Positions 61,882-64,000 of a stretch of DNA of 64,000 bases are shown here, one piece after another; within the stretch, counting starts at the first letter, position 1, and every line of letters starts with the position of its first letter. The stretch comes from Phoronis australis. Taxonomy: Eukaryota; Animalia; Phoronida. Location: NCBI GenBank assembly GCA_002633005.1, contig NMRA01000128.1, positions 538,360 through 602,359 of the forward strand, given 5' to 3'. A model generated the notes under the pieces. It saw only the letters and a program-made list of their open reading frames with translations. It was not told the origin of the DNA and made no database searches. A program made the translations under genes and the position numbers.

Positions 61882-64000
61882 CTGGAGGAAGAAAACGGTG
61901 CAAGACGTACAGGCATTGGGGCACACTTCAGTGTTAGAGATTGTAAAAGTATACGTATAGCGCACAACCGTGACGCACACTAAAGCTGATAACTTACAAG
62001 ATTTCACTAGATTCCCGTTGGTGCCCATGAGAGAACAATGTGTGTGTGTAATAGGCGTCAATGTTCATTTACTACGTAAGCACGCTGGGCGTGTATTCTA
62101 CTCTTAGATGATATCGCATACAAAAAGCGGACCCAAAAGTAGTTCACTTCCCAGTGTTTGGTCGCTAGTGCGCACAATCAGTGACCGTTCTCATGAACTT
62201 AGCACGCGTGCCGTCGTCGTGGTCGCCGTGATTTTCTGTTTAGGGAGAAATATGTTTCTCGCGAGAAGAAGCCAGTCAAAAACGAGAAATACTCTTATGT
62301 GCTGGCTTTGCTAGAAGTTTTGTTGAACAACGGTTTTTAAAGAAATTAGGAATGTTCTACCTTCACATTTGTTATGAAGCGTACCTGGAATACAAAAACA
62401 ACCATTGAAATTAAAGAAATCTGCCGCAGCTGTTTCGGCTTCTCTATTTGAATAAAGCCTCGGCGACTAACATCGTTTCCAAAACTAGGTCAGTAGGTTT
62501 AATGAAAATGTCTAAATCTGTTGGTTCACTTTTGATGTCGTTTCTCTCTAATCTCAACATCAACTTTTCGGCAGAGGTATTTTTGTGGGAAAGAAACTTG
62601 TGTGAAAAATGTTGATAATTTAGCATTAAAGCGCTGACTTAATTCGGGCCTGACATTTCCGTGTTCCTTGGCACTCGATACTATGATTTGGTTCATTTTG
62701 GTATTGCAACTGCCTCAGGTGACGTTTTTGCTTGCAAATTTCAGGGCAAACTCGTGTTCCGATGGATTTACACTTTTACCGGCGTGTTTGCAAGTGCTTA
62801 CTTACAGGCAGTATCTAGAAGGAACATGAACTAGTTCTAAAGAAGAAGACTTCATTGTGACTACGCGCCTTTTTTGCGTTTTTGGCTGGGGTCGATATTT
62901 ATTATTTAAATGAGCTAAAATCTCCGGATGGCATCCTCTTTGGCCCCCAGAATCACGCCCATGTCAATATGGTTGGCGTACAATGTTCTACTGAATGACG
63001 AACATTGACTGTTCATCGTTACTTGAGCACCGGATTAATTATGTATACTATTCAAACTTTTAGGCCAGCATATGTATGCCCAAAGATTTAAGTACCAACT
63101 TCAAATTAAAACTACTTATCGTAACGTTAAGACAAATTCAGAAAGAGAAGTCGATGCTCTAAGGAAAACACAACATGGACGGAACGCGATGATCAGCACT
63201 ACACACCCTCGGTGTGAAAGCTCGTCAAACGATTCACGACGAAAGTGCCATCTCGCAACGTCTAGTACAGAGTGATTCACTTTCCCCTGTCAGAGAATTT
63301 TCAGAAAAAAAATCACAAAATTCAAAGATTTTAGAAATACGTGCGAGAGAGCAACTGTCACCACAAAGTTTCGAATCTCCCTCCCACTTATGATAAATAG
63401 GAGCACGCTCTCACAATCATTCGAAAGACATCTGACAGATAAGATTATCAGCCTCGAATGGCCAATACAGCCGTTTAGTAACCCATTCAGTTATCTAACG
63501 GCGTTAAATAACATTTGAAACTGAGGCCGGTTTCGAACTCGGTCCGCATGTTTCGGACCGTCGATTTTACCACTGCACCACTCAGCGGCTGACCTCATCG
63601 AACGTGAAATTAGAATACTTAAACTAGAACGATTATTGTCACGGCGTGACAATAATGGACTCTGCGCGTGCGTATTAAAGGAATTGTTATGGGAAGTTAC
63701 TGACAGCAACCCCGTTTACCAATATGAAAAGAAATTCTTTAAAATTGTAGGAGTAATTTCATGTTAATGTTTTGATGACCTTTCCACTAACTGACCTCTT
63801 CCGGTGCATTATGAACCCCAGTGAGGGAATAATTGTACAACCAATTTAAAGTATAGTTAATGCTAAGAATCACAGGTGTTTTGCTTTAAGCACTTAAGAA
63901 TACAACATGAATGAATTGGTCAAACTTTCAGAAGAAAAATGCACCTAATGACCCCATGGATGCACCAAATGACCCAAAAATTTAGAATTCAAACTCAATC

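Noticed and set aside
61679-61960. + strand 93-aa membrane-like ORF
   Set aside because: It is the antisense shadow of the - strand exon, which has the better splice acceptor and poly(A) signal.
1-64000. Most of the supplied 60-130 aa ORFs, and any prokaryote-style system (operon, CRISPR, defence island)
   Set aside because: The DNA is spliced eukaryotic sequence. Many ORFs start at TTG/GTG, have no recognisable motifs and lie in introns or repeats. No regular repeat-spacer array was seen.

Overview
This is eukaryotic, intron-rich, AT-rich animal DNA, most likely a marine invertebrate (a lophotrochozoan origin is my inference). Most short ORFs in the supplied track are therefore spurious or single exons. 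I rebuilt three spliced genes by hand from GT-AG junctions and reading-frame continuity. (1) ER glucosidase II alpha subunit (GANAB, GH31), + strand, about 1552-21025, 22 exons. (2) An IkappaB-alpha/Cactus gene, - strand, CDS 30879-33811, with a non-coding first exon near 35609-35660 and a cluster of kappaB sites in its promoter. (3) An EF-hand + WD40 protein of the WDR49/EFCAB8/WDY family, + strand, about 43542-60301. There is also a probable terminal exon of a fourth, convergent gene (- strand, 61736-61881) and a possible divergent promoter at the left edge. Introns and intergenic DNA hold many small transposons: a 2.7-kb hAT element with 5-bp target-site duplications (TSDs), a decayed intron-containing transposase and MITE relatives; a tRNA-derived SINE; a CR1/L2-type RT fragment; and a Crypton-like remnant. 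The most notable observations are an in-frame alternative acceptor in GANAB adding 23 aa that resemble the alternatively spliced mammalian insert, a SINE presence/absence polymorphism captured as a false duplication around an N, and a double DSGxxS degron in IkappaB. I found no CRISPR array, rRNA, real tRNA or clearly new multi-gene system.
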